The notes under the pieces are model-generated. The model searched no databases. It was not told the origin of the DNA and worked only from the letters and a program-made list of their open reading frames with translations. A stretch of 64,000 bases of DNA. It comes from Lingula anatina (taxonomy: Eukaryota > Animalia > Brachiopoda). A program made the position numbers and the translations under genes. Shown here piece by piece: positions 1 through 13,573 of this stretch; the first letter of the stretch is position 1, and each line of letters starts with the position of its first letter. The stretch is taken from NCBI GenBank assembly GCA_051362555.1, contig CM120643.1, positions 27,222,848 to 27,286,847 on the forward strand, in the 5' to 3' direction.

Positions 1-5
1 TCCAG

Positions 6-3000
6 GTGTCCACTGCAGTGAAGACTTGGATAGACTGACTGACCACGTGACAGCCCGGTCCAGGCCCCTCGTGATGCCCGTGTCCAGAGATACTGGACGC
101 GTTACGGTCACTGCTCAGATGTACTTAAGCCAGATATTCAATTTAGTAGGTTTATTGTTTACCAAATTTCGTCGGTTAACTTGTTTGTGGACAAGGTATC
201 TCAAAAACGTTCTGCACATATTTTAAAGTAATTTGTATGGCACATGACCTTCCAGGGATAGATTACGGGGTATTTTAAACAGTAAGTGGTAGACACTATT
301 TACTTTAGTAATTATATACAGTAAGCTGTTACGATTTTTCAATTCTAAAGATAAATTCCTCAAAAACACAGCTTCAGTAACGGGGGCTTTCGTATAAATG
401 CGATTAAGTTCTGCTTTAAGCTGAGAGAATGTTTTGGGGGTTGAAACAGTGTACTATGAAATGAATAACGCATTTGCTATTAGTTTTTTTTTTTCGGATA
501 CGTGCTTTCGTAAAGTTGTACGTTGACTGACAGCCAGATCTAGATCAGTTGTCCTCCAGTTACCCCAAGGTCGGGTAACTATTACAAAATCATGGCGAAC
601 ACTTTGCCAAAGTATTTAAGGTAACCAATGTACTCTCTATGATCGTACTCTGTTTCATTTAGGACGAGGTGTACCAGATGTTGTCATTTTCAGCCATCTT
701 CGTAGTGGTAAGTAAATTTGGGTTCTCAGAGAAAATGCTTGCATCTTATGATATTGTTTTATTTTATAATTTTTTTCCTAGACACTTTTTCCAATTTAAT
801 TTGACACTTAATCTAACAATATTGCATGTTCTTGACAATAAGACAACACGACGACAATCACCAAGGTCAAAATGCATGTATTTTTTTATTGAAATAAGAA
901 ACAAATGTGCCTTTCCATTCAAACCTGATTCTAGAAATGGAACGACGGACGCTTGGCATGGAACGCCTCAGAATTTGGAAATATTTCCAGCATTGCTCTG
1001 CCTCTGTCGTCACTGTGGATTCCTGACTTAGACATATCGAACAGGTTAAGCTATTTTGTTATATTTTATTTACATGTAGTCAGTTTATATTTGTTTAGTC
1101 TTATCTTTCACATATTTTTCTGTTACTCTGTGTACTATATATCAGTAATATATATGATATTTGTAAAGAAAAGGGTGTTCTTCTCTAAAGCCACGTACGC
1201 TACACGTAGCCGAGTTCTAAATGTGTATTTATCATTTTCCCACCAGCAGCCAGACATGCCAACACCAAGACATATCATTTTGTCTGCACTCAGTACTAAA
1301 CTGCATTCAGAACGTGAATATCATGATTTTCTGAAATACCTATAAATCATATGCTCTTATCTTAAAACGTGGTATATATATTATAGTAAAAAAATAACTG
1401 ACATGCTTAAACATTACGAATTACAGATAAAATAAGTATTCAAAAATAATCTTATATATATTTTCTAAATTTTATTTCACCGCTTCCAGTGCAGACGAGA
1501 ATGCATTGCTTTACAGTAGCTCTGGTCCGGCTAATTCCGTTAAATGTCGGATATTTTCGGACGGTAACGTGCAGTGGACGCCGCATGGCAGGCTATTGAC
1601 TGTGTGTACAGTAAATGTTTTAACTTATCCATTTGATTACCAAGACTGTAACGTTCAGATTCACTCGTCCACTATGACCGACGACGTCCTTGATCTACAT
1701 TTTAATCTGGCTAATTACACTGTTGATGAGCATTACGATCTGACTCTATCCTCAACATGGAAACTGGTGGCCAGTAATGTCAGCAAAGTCCATCACCATA
1801 CCGGCCCTGACAAGATTACCTTTCTGGTATATTCCATTCGTATTCAGCGCCGGTTCTCGTTTTTCTCTCTGGTAATGCTGCTGCCGTGTGTGCTCCTGGC
1901 GGCGCTTACTCTGACTATATTCTGGTTATCACCGCAGACGACAGACAAGATGTCCATGGGTAGGTTTTCCCTTCTTAACTGTACCAGGTGGCACACATTT
2001 GGAAACCTCGGGTCATTATGCATATGAATCTCGGGAACTTGCTTCTGAGATGCTTTGCTGTCTTAGCATTCAAAATAAAAGTACGTGCCACTTAAATTCA
2101 AATGGCAATTCACTTATTCATCAAATTTTGTTTGCAAATAACGGTAGTCAATATAGACGTGCCTGCAATTTTGAAAATTCATATTACATGTATTAATTGG
2201 AAATAGTGACATTTACATTTCAGACCTTAAAAAGAGTGTTATTATATTTTCTGTTCATTTTAGGAATGGCAATATGGACGTGTTTTTGCGTGATTCTTCT
2301 TATACTCGTTGAGGTTATACCTGGAAATGGAAACGAACATCCAATGATCGGTAGGTATGGATTTACCCCGGTACTTGCACCTTGCACCTTACACAAGAAA
2401 ACGTTTAATCTTTAGATTACATTTGATTATTTGTTTAAATTCAGTTTTATTTGTTTATTTATTTATTTATTTATTATTACCAAGGAGTGGTTGCCCCCAC
2501 AACACAAACCCCACTTACTGACTATACCCAATCTTAACATAGTCATGTTAATTGTATTCACATGAATAAGTGAACACACGTTGTTGTTAATCACCCAGAC
2601 TGAGCTAACAGGATATTTAAATTTGCTTACACCTTTTCCTTTTTTATTCCTCAGGCTTTTTCTTCGTAATCAACCTGGTCCTGGTAACGGTCACAATGAT
2701 CGTCTCAGTGTTCACAAACAGGATACGAGAGGCTGACAGCCCGGTGTCTCCATGGCTTAAAATGGTAGGACTTGTTTCTAGACTTTATCATCGTGGTGAA
2801 TGTTCAATTCAACACCTTAATTTGTTTTCATCGTTGTTGTTTTATTCATTGGTTTTATTTCGTTTTTTTCACCATAGTTTGTGTTTCATTTATAAATAAC
2901 TTCATTAGGTACAGGTCATTTTGGTTAAGTATCGTTTTAACGGTATTAAAACACAATTTTTCATAATCCATATTTGTTTTAATTCAGATTTCTTCAAAGT

Positions 3001-3732
3001 TAAAACTTAATTCCATCCCGTCTGCATGTTTTTGACGTTTTGTCTAGGGTGTTAATGATGCACTTCTTACCCATTTGAGGGGGCTTTTTTTATGGAATCT
3101 CGTTGAAGGCCCTGAAGAGTAATCAGCAATTTGATCCACTTCATTGGAAAGACATAAATAAATCAAATACCATTTGGTACACATATTATCAGGAAAGAGG
3201 CGCGTTTGGTTGTAATATAAATGCATTTCTTTTCTTTCCAAAGCATTTAATTTACTTATATTTACTTATATTTTTTGTATCGGAATGATCTTGTATAATA
3301 AGCCTCCTATCATTCTGCATCAAAGAATCTCATGAATTGGTCATGTATGCATCTTTACAGATAGCCTTTAGTGTGCTTTCGCCACTGCTATGTATGAAGA
3401 TGCCATGTAAGCAGAGAGCCAACCTCATTGGCCCAGCTAAAGGCGGCACTGTCCCTGGGGAATGCCTACCTGACGTGACCTCCGCACCGAACACTGAAGA
3501 CCAAATCTTAAATACAGCACTGAAAACACTGAGTGAAAGTGACCCTTTACTGGCCATCATACGTCACAAGCAACTACTGCGCATGCGTCAGAAAGAAACT
3601 AAAGAGAAAATAGAGGAGGAGCGGCGAAAGGTGGCAGCAGTGTTCGACTATTTATTTTTCTGGCTATTTTTAATTGGGTTGCTGGGAGTTTGCTATTGGA
3701 TTGGCACCGCAATCCGTAACAACACTATCTAA
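6..3732 (+). CDS. Divergent nAChR-like Cys-loop ligand-gated ion channel subunit, non-alpha (signal-peptide exon upstream of window)
   Basis: GT-AG exons 6-145, 663-707, 935-1044, 1490-1959, 2264-2350, 2655-2764 and 3361-3732 join in frame. The 45/110/87/110-bp exon sizes are typical of nAChR genes. Motifs: WNDGRLAWN..WIPDL, Cys-loop C-TVNVLTYPFDYQD-C, M1 (RRFSFFSLVMLLPCVLL), M2 (DKMSMGMAIWTCFCVILL), M3, M4 (VAAVFDYLFFWLF). Confidence 0.93.
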
Positions 3733-5517
3733 CATATAGCAAAAACCATGCAGCGACTGACAGTACATGTACTGTACGCCATAGCTTGGACCCATTAGAA
3801 ACCATGGTCTGAGGACTGCTGCACGATATTTCAAAAGTGACTTTTTGCCAAGTAGTGCAGGTCACTTGGTCTGTTATGGCAATTATGCATTTAATTAATC
3901 TTTGATTTTAACCATAGAACATCTAATGGGTCTAACCATACATCAAAGATAAGACCGTATCATCGGACATGAGAAAAGATAAATTCCTAATTGAGTTATC
4001 CGACTGTTTATTTATTTACTTTATTTTTATTAATTTGCCTTTATTTTCATTTTTATATAATAATTTAAATTTGGTAATCAGATCAGACATTGCACATGCC
4101 AATGTATTCAAAATTTATTTGAGCGCAGGGTGTTTTCTCTGCGAGAAAAGTTATATTTATTATTTATGCCAATGCAACTGTATAATGCATTATTAGACCT
4201 ACCGAAGAATTATATACCGTATATACATACAATAGTGTTGTTGTTATTGAAGGTTACAATAACAATATATACAACATAAAACAAACTCGATTACAATAAA
4301 TTCAATGATGGTACCAAAACACTAGGCGAATTTAGAAGGAAAGTTTAAAGGAAATAATACAAGTTTTCAAGCCCTTTTGTCCTCATGCTCCAAGCTTAAG
4401 GTCAATGTTATCGTCTATTGAAAGCGCAAATATACGTTAAAATACTTGCTACACCCTGTAGTATCACAAGTGTTTAGAATTATCATTATTGTTGTCATAA
4501 ATATTATTATAAAATAAAATGTTTTCATCGTATGAACAATTTAAATCACCATTATTTGTCCTTTCTTTACTGTTTGCAGATTGAAAACAACGTATCTGGT
4601 ATAACGATTTTTGAAACACTGTTTAGTCCACTTTTAAGGTGTTAAAACTCCTGTGTTACAGTAAAAGTAGTATCACAAGTGTAAGCTATTCATTATTATT
4701 ATTATTATTATATGAACATTAAAATCCTAATATGTTCAATATGCTTCTTGATGTCTATGTATTTAGCTAAATAAAACGTTTTCATCGTATCAAATATGTC
4801 ATTAGCAAGGCAGGATTTCATTTTCATTTTTTTTCTTTCTTTTTTTTTTTTTTTTTTTGTGTGTGTTTAATGGTGTAAGTCTAAATGTTCTTTTACGTTT
4901 TGATTCTGAAATACATGTAAAAAACAATAACAATCACGTGTGTGTTTGTTTCTCTACTGTCTGCAGATTAAGAACTATTTAAACAGTTTTTGAAAAACAT
5001 GTTCTTTGAATAGCCTCAAAATCATATGTACATCAGTGATAAACGTTTTCGAATTCGAGACTTTGCTGAGATGAAAATAAAACCATGACATAAAACAGCA
5101 AAACAGACGAAAAACAATATATGGTGGAATTTTTCAGGTTGTTTTATTGAGCCAACATTCACGTCATGTGATCCAGCTTTTTAAGGCACCTGGTACATCA
5201 TTTGGTTATTGGTTGCATTTTAGATGAACTAAAATTGTGGAATAAAGAAATCTCATAACGTGTTATTATTATTATTTATTTATTTATTTTTGCTTTGAAG
5301 TTTCTCGAACTAAAAGTTGCATTTGCATTCGCTACCATCTTCAAATTATTTTGAAAATAATTTGAAAATAGTTTTCAAAAACTAATTACTGGTCAATGGT
5401 GTATATATTCGGTATCATTTTAATTTTAAAAACCTTTAGGTAACAATAAAAATAGGGTGGCTGGTTAATTATTAGCCAATATTAATATTTAGTTTGCGTC
5501 ACATCAGGTTTAGTTTT

Positions 5518-7079
5518 TTAAGAAGCTATCAGATATCCGGAGAAGGTCGACCACAAGTGCCACAAGGTTGGGTTCGGGTCAAGAACATGATAAACACGAA
5601 GGTTTATCTCTTCCCCTTTTTCACACTGAATGATAACGGAGTTGGAGCCGCTGTTGTGATCTCCATGACTCTTGGCAAGAAGAAACATCAAGTCCTTCCC
5701 AGGTACCCTAGGTTCTAGATTCCGGTATTGCCAGCTCGATCTTGATTTCATATATAACCCATATCAACAATACCGGCTCTAGTGACCAGCGGCCATGTTA
5801 CACTTCCATCAATCAAATAGAACTGCTCCGCAGTGAATCTGCAGTTGAATGTCATCAGACCAAAATGAAACGTAAAACAGATTTAATTCTGCTTTATTTA
5901 ATTTTATTTGCTGTATTTAAGATGTAAAGTGAAAAAATAAATAATATTCTTCGAACAGAAAAGATATATCCAAAGTTTTTGTATTTTTTGCTTATCAAAG
6001 AACATTTAGTCCTGAGATGTACACGTGCGCAATACACGTGCTTGCCTTGTGCCAAATTTGACAGCTACACTGTATGCCCGATACCACTATAAGGGCTGCG
6101 CAATGGCTACACCAAATCAGTTTTTAAAGCAGAATGTTGCTTCTATTGTGGCACTGACCTTGGACTGCAAGATATTTTCAATTCAAACTTCGTCAGGCAC
6201 TTTGCTTCTTGTCTCGTCTGCACGAGATAACTTCAGCGCTAGGCGGGAAAGGCAGCTCCAGGCGGCCAAACCTGTGACGTACGAGACTTATCACTTCCAA
6301 ATATGGATCCAGGCGGACACAGCTGTGACGTGTGACTTCCAAATATGGAAGCGCCCCAGGCAAAATTTTGAAGAAGAACGCCCTCAGATTGTCGCTGTTC
6401 GTCAGAGCTAGTAAAAGCGACTCCATCACAAGGTATATATTTACAAGCTAGCTTTTACGTTTCTCTGACACTCAGGGTATTCCCAGGTCTCTTATTGCTG
6501 CGTAACGTAACCTCGACTCTTCCGCCGTTGTATGACGTCAGAATGGTTGCCGTAAAAAAGTAAGTGCCAGAAACGGGACAGGTGAAACGCCCGGATGTTG
6601 GGTCGTACGCGTTTCCAATGTTGGTGATGACGCCAGCAAACACTAGGTTGTCGTTCCTTTTAAGTTGAGGAGAAGTGGTAAGCCGTGCCGAAAATGCGAC
6701 AGTAGGCACACCTGTAAAACAAAACAAGGTTTATGTAATAGAATAGGGTAATACAAGTGAGAACGTGCAGGCACAATGTGTATGGGAGAGAGAAACACAG
6801 AAAAAGAATAAGGGATGAATACAAAAAAGAGAGACAGAAGCAGAGGAAGAGGAAGACGTAGATCTTACCACATTTTGCAGTAGCGTTAATCAACATAATA
6901 TCATTTTGTAGCCTTTCCAACCAGGTAAAGATAACGTTTCTGAAAGCCTCTAGACCCCGGACCCGTTCCTCCATTCCTTCTTCTTGTGAAGTACATGTAG
7001 AAACACAAACTAAAACAAGTAAGGGCACGAGAAAATAGCAACCCCAAGACATAACTGCACACTTGCTCCAATGGTACAT
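5518..7079 (-). pseudogene. Secreted C1q-domain protein A, exon 2 interrupted by a 776-bp DNA transposon derivative
   Basis: Exon 1 (7079-6869) encodes a signal peptide and short coiled coil. Exon 2 starts at 6711 (VAFSARL..NIGNAYDPTSGRFTCPVSGTYFF), breaks at 6480 and resumes below 5704 (DLMFLL..STFSGYLIAS*). Removing 5704-6479 plus one TSD restores KRPGKDLM in frame. Confidence 0.88.
5704..6479. mobile_element. Non-autonomous DNA transposon with TACCCT...AGGGTA ends and 8-bp TSD (copy 1)
   Basis: Flanked by TTCCCAGG at 5696-5703 and 6480-6487. A near-identical inverted copy lies at 27788-28572. Confidence 0.9.
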
Positions 7080-8033
7080 GTGACAGACAGTAACGCAAAA
7101 TTAGAACTGGCGAAACCGAAATCTCTTCTGCTTTAACTCCAGTTGCTCAATGTATTTATCAGCGTATTGCAGCCTATGTTTTTTCCTCTTTGAATAGGAT
7201 GCTATTGCCATTGTTTTAAATTATTGTTTATTTTACATTCGACCCGGAAACAGTCAGTTAACAAAGGGATTATATATAACCTATATGCCTTACTGCCGAC
7301 ATGACCTACTAAGCACTTAAAACCGGAGACTTGAAACGAATGATACAAAATGATGGCACAGGATGTGTAGTTACAGGAACGTGCGCCAGAGCACGAAAAT
7401 GTACATTGGCTGTTCTGTTGTATAGAGAAGAAAGGCAAAATATTCATTGTTGTATGTATACAGCTCAACTGTTTTATAATAAACGCAGAGAAAACGTAGT
7501 TACCACGTGGTCGACACGACCTCTAAACGCCCCGGTAAAGTTGCAGAAACGTGATAGTCACCTTCTCTTATAAACTTTCCGCATAAATGGTCGTCTTTCT
7601 GGACGTAGAGAAGCCACGGATATTGTGTTCTGACCATGCAGTAATGACGGTATATTATTGTGAAAACTAGATTCTTATACAAACTCTCTCAAACAGGTGA
7701 ATTTATAGATATTCCTGTATAATATTCATTTTTCCCGTGCAGTCACTCCAGTAACCACAAAACCGTTTACTGCCAGAGGGTTATTAACAGAAATGTTTAC
7801 ACTTGATACAAAGTCTCGCTAACAAATTATTATTATTATGCCAGTTACGGAGGATTAAGGAAACAAATCCGTCAAAAAATTAAAATCGTGACAATTGAAA
7901 GTCTTAGCTGTTTTTTTCATGTGCAACAAACGAGTGCAAAAAAAACAATCATGTTAACAATCTGTTTCAATGAAGGGATCAAATGCATTTTCGTTTAAAA
8001 AAAATGGCACAAAAGGAAGGCTTCAACTGATTT

Positions 8034-10054
8034 TTATCCAATCAGGTATCCGGAAAATGTAGACCAGGCATTCCAGAGTGTCGGAGTTGGACCGTTCACG
8101 TGTTTCACCTGTAGGTAGACGATCTCCCCTTTCTCACACTTGGTGATTACCGAATTAGACCCTGTGTTATGATCATGGTAACTAGAAGCAAGGAGATACA
8201 TCAGAGCAGTCCCGGGCTGTGTGCTTCTGCGCAGTACTGCCTCGATTCGTTCCCCGGATGTTGACGTTGAAATCGTTGCAGTAAAGAAGTAGATGCCGGT
8301 GTGGCAGGAGTGCACGTCCTCGTAACGCAAGTCCGCCCGGACACTAAGTCCTGGGAATGCAAGTCCTAGGGCATGCATTGCTAGGAATGGAAGTCCTAGG
8401 ACATGCGTTACTAGGATTCAATGTCCGTAGGACGAAGGCTACCAAGTAATGTAAGTCCTACGTGAAGTAATGCACGTCCTAATGGGACGTGCGTGCCTAA
8501 CATTTTAGTAACGCATGTCCTATATAGTTTACACCAAGGAATGACATGAATAAATAGATATAGAGACATACTAGTTTTAAAGATATAATAAACGTTTGCT
8601 TTATTCTATTTATATGACATTTTATCTTTATATTTTACAATGCTTTCCGATAGGCAGTTTATATGCATATTTATGAAGAAACAAAAACAATTCATTTATT
8701 TTATGTGTATTTTTCATCTAGTAAATGCATATTTTTGGCGTACTCCTCCCTCATTGCACAATATGTATGAGCCTGGTTTGCCCGATATTTTTTTAACAAA
8801 ATAAGGCACCATCCAAAGGCATCCCTTATTTTCATCCTTTGAGGTATATATGCACAGTGTACCTGTATATTATTTCATGTCCTTTTCTACTGGGGTGTAC
8901 CTTTTGTGTTTTGCGTCGAAATTCTTATTTTCTCTCCCTCTCTCTCTTTTTCAAAACCTTATTCCTATGAGAAAAATCACTTTACACAAAACACGAGATC
9001 TCCGTTCTTAGATTTATTTTTCGGTTTACACTCGCTGAAATAAAAAAAATCTCAAACTAGATGGAAATTTGCTCTTGGAAAGTATGGGCTAAGATTTAAG
9101 ACAAATCAAGACAGTTTAGAAATTGAAAATTGCAATATATGTATATAATGTTCTGTAATAACCCTTTGCTATTTTGGTGCTTTGACACTTAAAAGACAAA
9201 ACAAAAAAGTTGTAAATGTAATGAGAACGGAATTTCGAACACATATTAACACGTTCCACATATTAACACGTACCATTAAACATTTTGCTACAAGTAATAA
9301 ATAGGGAGCAGGGGGGATAAGGTTATGTCAAAAGTAGGTCTCGAACCCATAGATGCAACAGAAGAATTCATGATTTCTTACCATGTAGTCTTGCACGCTA
9401 ACCACTACACAGTAATGCTTCTTGAATTTGCTAGCACTGTCGAAAACGCAACACGTACAGGATCTGAAATATTAACAAAGATCGGAAAGAATGCTGCTGT
9501 TTTTTGTTGGTTTGAAATAATCGGGAAGATAATTTTAACCGGTTGTGTAATTTAATAATGCATTCCCCAGGTTATCCTTGTGTGTGCAGCAAACGTGTCG
9601 GGAAGCACGCATACTAAAGATCACCGTTGACAACTTATTTCCTGCGTTGCAATTCTCTCAACTAAAGCCATCGGCAGTGTTCACTCCCTTTATGGTAAGA
9701 CATTTAAAATCTTAAGTATCTTTACTTTTCTTTACTTTGGTGAATATCTTATGATCATTTTTAGTTTTTCTCAAATAGCAACGTCAAAAAGTCATCATTT
9801 CTCTTAAAAGTGGACAGGCTCGGGTGAAGTCACAAACCTGGCTTTCCTATAGCAGTGCTAAGTTTACGGACTTCCCCCTCTAACCGCTCCAACAATAAGG
9901 CCACATTGGAATAAGAAGCTGCCAGGACGTTCACACGTTGGTTGATGTCGGCACTAGGTGGACAGCTGATCGGTGGGCAGTCCTGTCCAGTTGTAACAAC
10001 CACAAGCCACGCCACAAAACCCAGACCAAATGCTGAAGATCCCACTGAATACAT
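8034..10054 (-). pseudogene. Secreted C1q-domain protein B, exon 2 partly deleted and replaced by ~1.1 kb of repeat DNA
   Basis: Exon 1 (10054-9838) is nearly identical to that of gene C. Exon 2 begins at 9463 (DPVRVAFSTVLANSR) and homology stops at ~9420. It resumes at ~8300 (GIYFFTATIS..STFSGYLIG*). About 30 codons present in gene C (VVKTS..FTCPF) are missing. Confidence 0.85.
8300..9420. mobile_element. Repeat-derived insertion in C1q gene B (GTCCTAG/CTAGGAC-rich end plus tRNA-like A/B boxes)
   Basis: Repeated gtccta/taggac motifs at 8315-8522. The minus strand at ~9335-9415 has TGTGTAGTGGTTAG and GGTTCGAGACC, resembling pol III boxes. No clean TSD found. Confidence 0.5.
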
Positions 10055-11539
10055 GTTGAGGCACTGTTCAACAAATTTAAGACCGGTTATTATCAATTGT
10101 CTTATCCAAATGATATCTCATTAAATAGTAAACGTACAAAAGTGAGTATGGAATTTTGTGCAACGATAACAGTCGTGTAATATTAATTGTAAAACCTATA
10201 TGCACACAGTGTCTTATAATTTGCAAGGTGCATTGTAACACTGCCGCGTTCATTTTAGTGACCGCTGACAGAAGTCTTGACCACGACCCTGATATCACCT
10301 CGCTATCAGCATCTAACATCGCCACACATTTGTCGTTTCCAACCGGTGATAAAATGAACCGAACCCAAGCTCATCAACCCCCTCACATATTGCAGAACGA
10401 AAGATCTACAGTCATGTAGACGCTGTCGTCCGACTACCATTTAACCCCTTAATTATATTCTGATAATATTGCAATAATTAGTCAGTCTATTCAATGAAAC
10501 GTATACCACTTTATTCCAACATATTATCATGTATCTACAGTACCAGTGATGGCTAAGGGAGAGGTACCATTCAGCAAACATCTCTTGGTCGAATTTTATA
10601 TAGAGTAACTTAACTTACATGGCCACTCCACGGAAAGGTAAATAAATATCTGAATCTCATCGATGACGCGTACATTTGTGTAATATTGTTATTCCCATTT
10701 GCACATCCCTCATTATATCCGCTGTTTTATATACAACACTACCCTTCAGTACGAAAATATGTCAACAGTAAATGAAAGGGGTGAAAATTATACAGATATG
10801 CAAATATGCTAGACAGCAACGTCTGTTAACAGCTCGCTTCTGCAGTTTCCCATATTCAAATGCCTGCTCAAATATTTATTTTTTCATAATGCATTACAAC
10901 CATAAAAATTGAGTAACCTGTCAAATAACACGTACAATGAGAGAGAGACAAGAAAGAGGGAAGGGGAAGAGAAATGGTAGGTAGTCACCGGTCGAATGGT
11001 CATTAAATGTTTGTTCGTTTATTTTTTTAAATCCAATGCTCCATGCAGGTCTTAATGGCTCGCGACACAGATAAGTGTGTAGAGTTCCCTTTAAATATAG
11101 ACAAAATAAGCAAAGACTGATGTTTATACGAATTGCTTTAATACACTGAAGAGCCAACATACACTAAGCGATCCCAAACCAATTTACTTTTCAAACGACA
11201 CCATAAATCAAATAAAAACAAACATGCGGTAAAGATATGCAGGCCTTGTCAATTTCGCCATTTTGTTCATTTAATAAAGCACATTTATTGCGCATGCACA
11301 AACATCTGATTTCTGAGCTGTCCTAGTAGCAATACTGCTAATACGGAGGAGAACTTGAGAGTTCTTCTAAGCAATGAAGGTGAAATAAAAAAGTCTCAGC
11401 TGGCTTTAAAGGTGCAGAAACAGTGAATAGGAAAAATTAATCCAACAATTCTAAATATCTGTTACTGTTTAAGGATTGCAAGCTCATGAATTTTCACATC
11501 AGGCAAAATGAAGTACGAAAGGAAGGCTTCAATATATTT

Positions 11540-12732
11540 TCATCCAATCAGGTATCCGGAAAATGTAGACCAGGCATACCAGAGAGTCGGAGTTGGGCCT
11601 GTCACGTGAATCGCCTGGAGGTGGACAGTCTCCCCTTTCTCACACCTGGTGATTACCGAATTGGACCCAGTGTTATGATCATCGTGGCTCGCAGCAAGGA
11701 CATACATCAGAAAAGCATCGGGCTGTGTGCTTCTGCGCAGTTCGGCCGCAATTCGTTCCCCGGTTGTTGACGTTGAAATCGTTGCCGTAAAGAAGTAGCT
11801 GCCGGAAAACGGGCAAGTGAATCGTCCCGACATTGCGTTGTATGCATTACCAACGTTAGTGATAACCTTTTCAAAATTCAAGACATCGCTTGTTTTAACG
11901 ACCCTTGAATGTTCAAGTGCTGCCGAGAACGCAACACGTGGGGAATCTGAAATGTAAATAAAGATAAAAAAAATCAATTCATCCTGATGTATTTCACTAG
12001 AGTTTATAAGGTTTGCAACAAAAGGAAAGGATGTTTTAAGTTTATCTAATGTAATTATTCATTTCCCCATGCTTGTCTACATATTGAACATATAACTACA
12101 GATCTAAGAGTTGTGCGCTTTTTCTCAATGGTCACATGGCCCCAGGCATTTTAAACACTTATCTTTTGATAAGATGCATTATTTATATATTATATATGTT
12201 CACAATTTAAATGATAAGAAATTTCATAGATGTGGAACCGGTCCAATTGAAGTCTAGTCATAACCTTCAAACCTGTATGCTTAAAAGCTATTGTTGATAT
12301 ATATAGTTTCGTCTATTTCACAAATGTAATTCGTATGAGCTCTCTTTGTAGTGGCATGTTGTTTACATTCAAAGTACGGATCTTAATTTAATGAATATTG
12401 CATTATAAATGCTTACATTTTGTAATATGTTAACACCAAAATACAAGCTTTTTTTTTTATATTATTCGAACATATTAAAAGCGGATGTCAACATTTCACG
12501 GTTAAAGTCACAAACCTGGATTTCCTATAGCGGTGCTCAGTTGACGGACTTCCCTCTCTAACCGCTCCAACAACAAGGCCACGTTGGAATAAGAAGCTGC
12601 AAGGACATTCACACGCTGGTTGATATCGGCACTAGGTGGACAGCTGACCGGTGGGCAGTCCTGTCCAGTTGTTACAACCACAAGCCACGCCACAATACCC
12701 AGACCAAATGCTGAAGATCCCACTGAATACAT
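11540..12732 (-). CDS. Secreted globular C1q-domain protein C (intact; signal peptide + coiled coil + gC1q, no collagen)
   Basis: Exons 12732-12516 and 11946-11540, phase-1 GT-AG intron. Motifs VAFSA, FEKVITNVGNAYNAMSGRFTCPFSGSYFF and STFSGYLI. An alternative in-frame ATG lies at 12744. Confidence 0.92.
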
Positions 12733-12764
12733 TCTGCGGCACATGAGATACGCCTTTGCCTGGT

Positions 12765-12772
12765 TATTTATA
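12765..12772 (-). promoter_or_regulatory. Possible TATA box of C1q gene C
   Basis: TATAAATA on the minus strand ~20-35 bp upstream of the candidate start codons; sequence match only. Confidence 0.35.
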
Positions 12773-13573
12773 TATTAGAATGTTCTTTCATTAAACAGTA
12801 GTATGACCAAAAGTGAATTGACAACTGCGGCACCTGTAACTTGTTTTATAGACCGCTGACGGAAATGTTCACCACGTCCCAGACAAAACAGCATAAACAG
12901 CCGCCGTCCACGCCACCCCGCTATCGGCATCTAAAGGCACACTGCCTCTATCGTTTCCAAGCAGCGGCGCAATGGACCCGAGCAAGCTCACTTGTAGTAA
13001 GTTTGTTGAACAGGAGATACTGGAATTCAGCAGTCATTATAAGAATGATTCACACCAGAGACACGTGGGTTATTGGTAATAGATTGACAATCTTGACAAA
13101 GCTCTCGACAGTCAGAGGGTGTGCTCACATTGAAACTATCACACTAGGTAGTTCTAACTAACTTCGGGGAATTCTCGTTGAATGTAATCAGATTAAAGAT
13201 TATCTTGCCTTCTCTTGTGTCCAAGGTACTTGTAAAATTGCAGCTTTTCTGTATTTTATTTAATGCCAGAATTTTGGGCGTTTTAATGTTTAAACTAAGT
13301 GTATGCAACGGGAGTCCCTGCGGAGCTAGTTAGAACTACCTAGCATGTTAGTTTCACTGTGAACGCAACCTAATATTTCGTTAAGATAAGGCCATAGCTT
13401 GTGTGTTCCACGACTAGAGATACGAAATACCTAGTGTCCCATGCAGGGCTTACTGAATATCGATAAGAATATTTTACATCGCAAATACTTCGCAATACTA
13501 CACAGTGCTGTCATGAAATAAACGGATATGCTGTTATAGGTGCCACTTTTTCAACTTATGAATACCTACATAA

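Noticed and set aside
6025-6411. 128-aa ORF repeated at 27825-28245
   Set aside because: Lies inside the non-autonomous element; the frame is not preserved between copies and there are no transposase motifs.
9325-9420. tRNA gene
   Set aside because: A/B-box-like motifs only, with an over-long spacer and no convincing cloverleaf; treated as repeat-derived.
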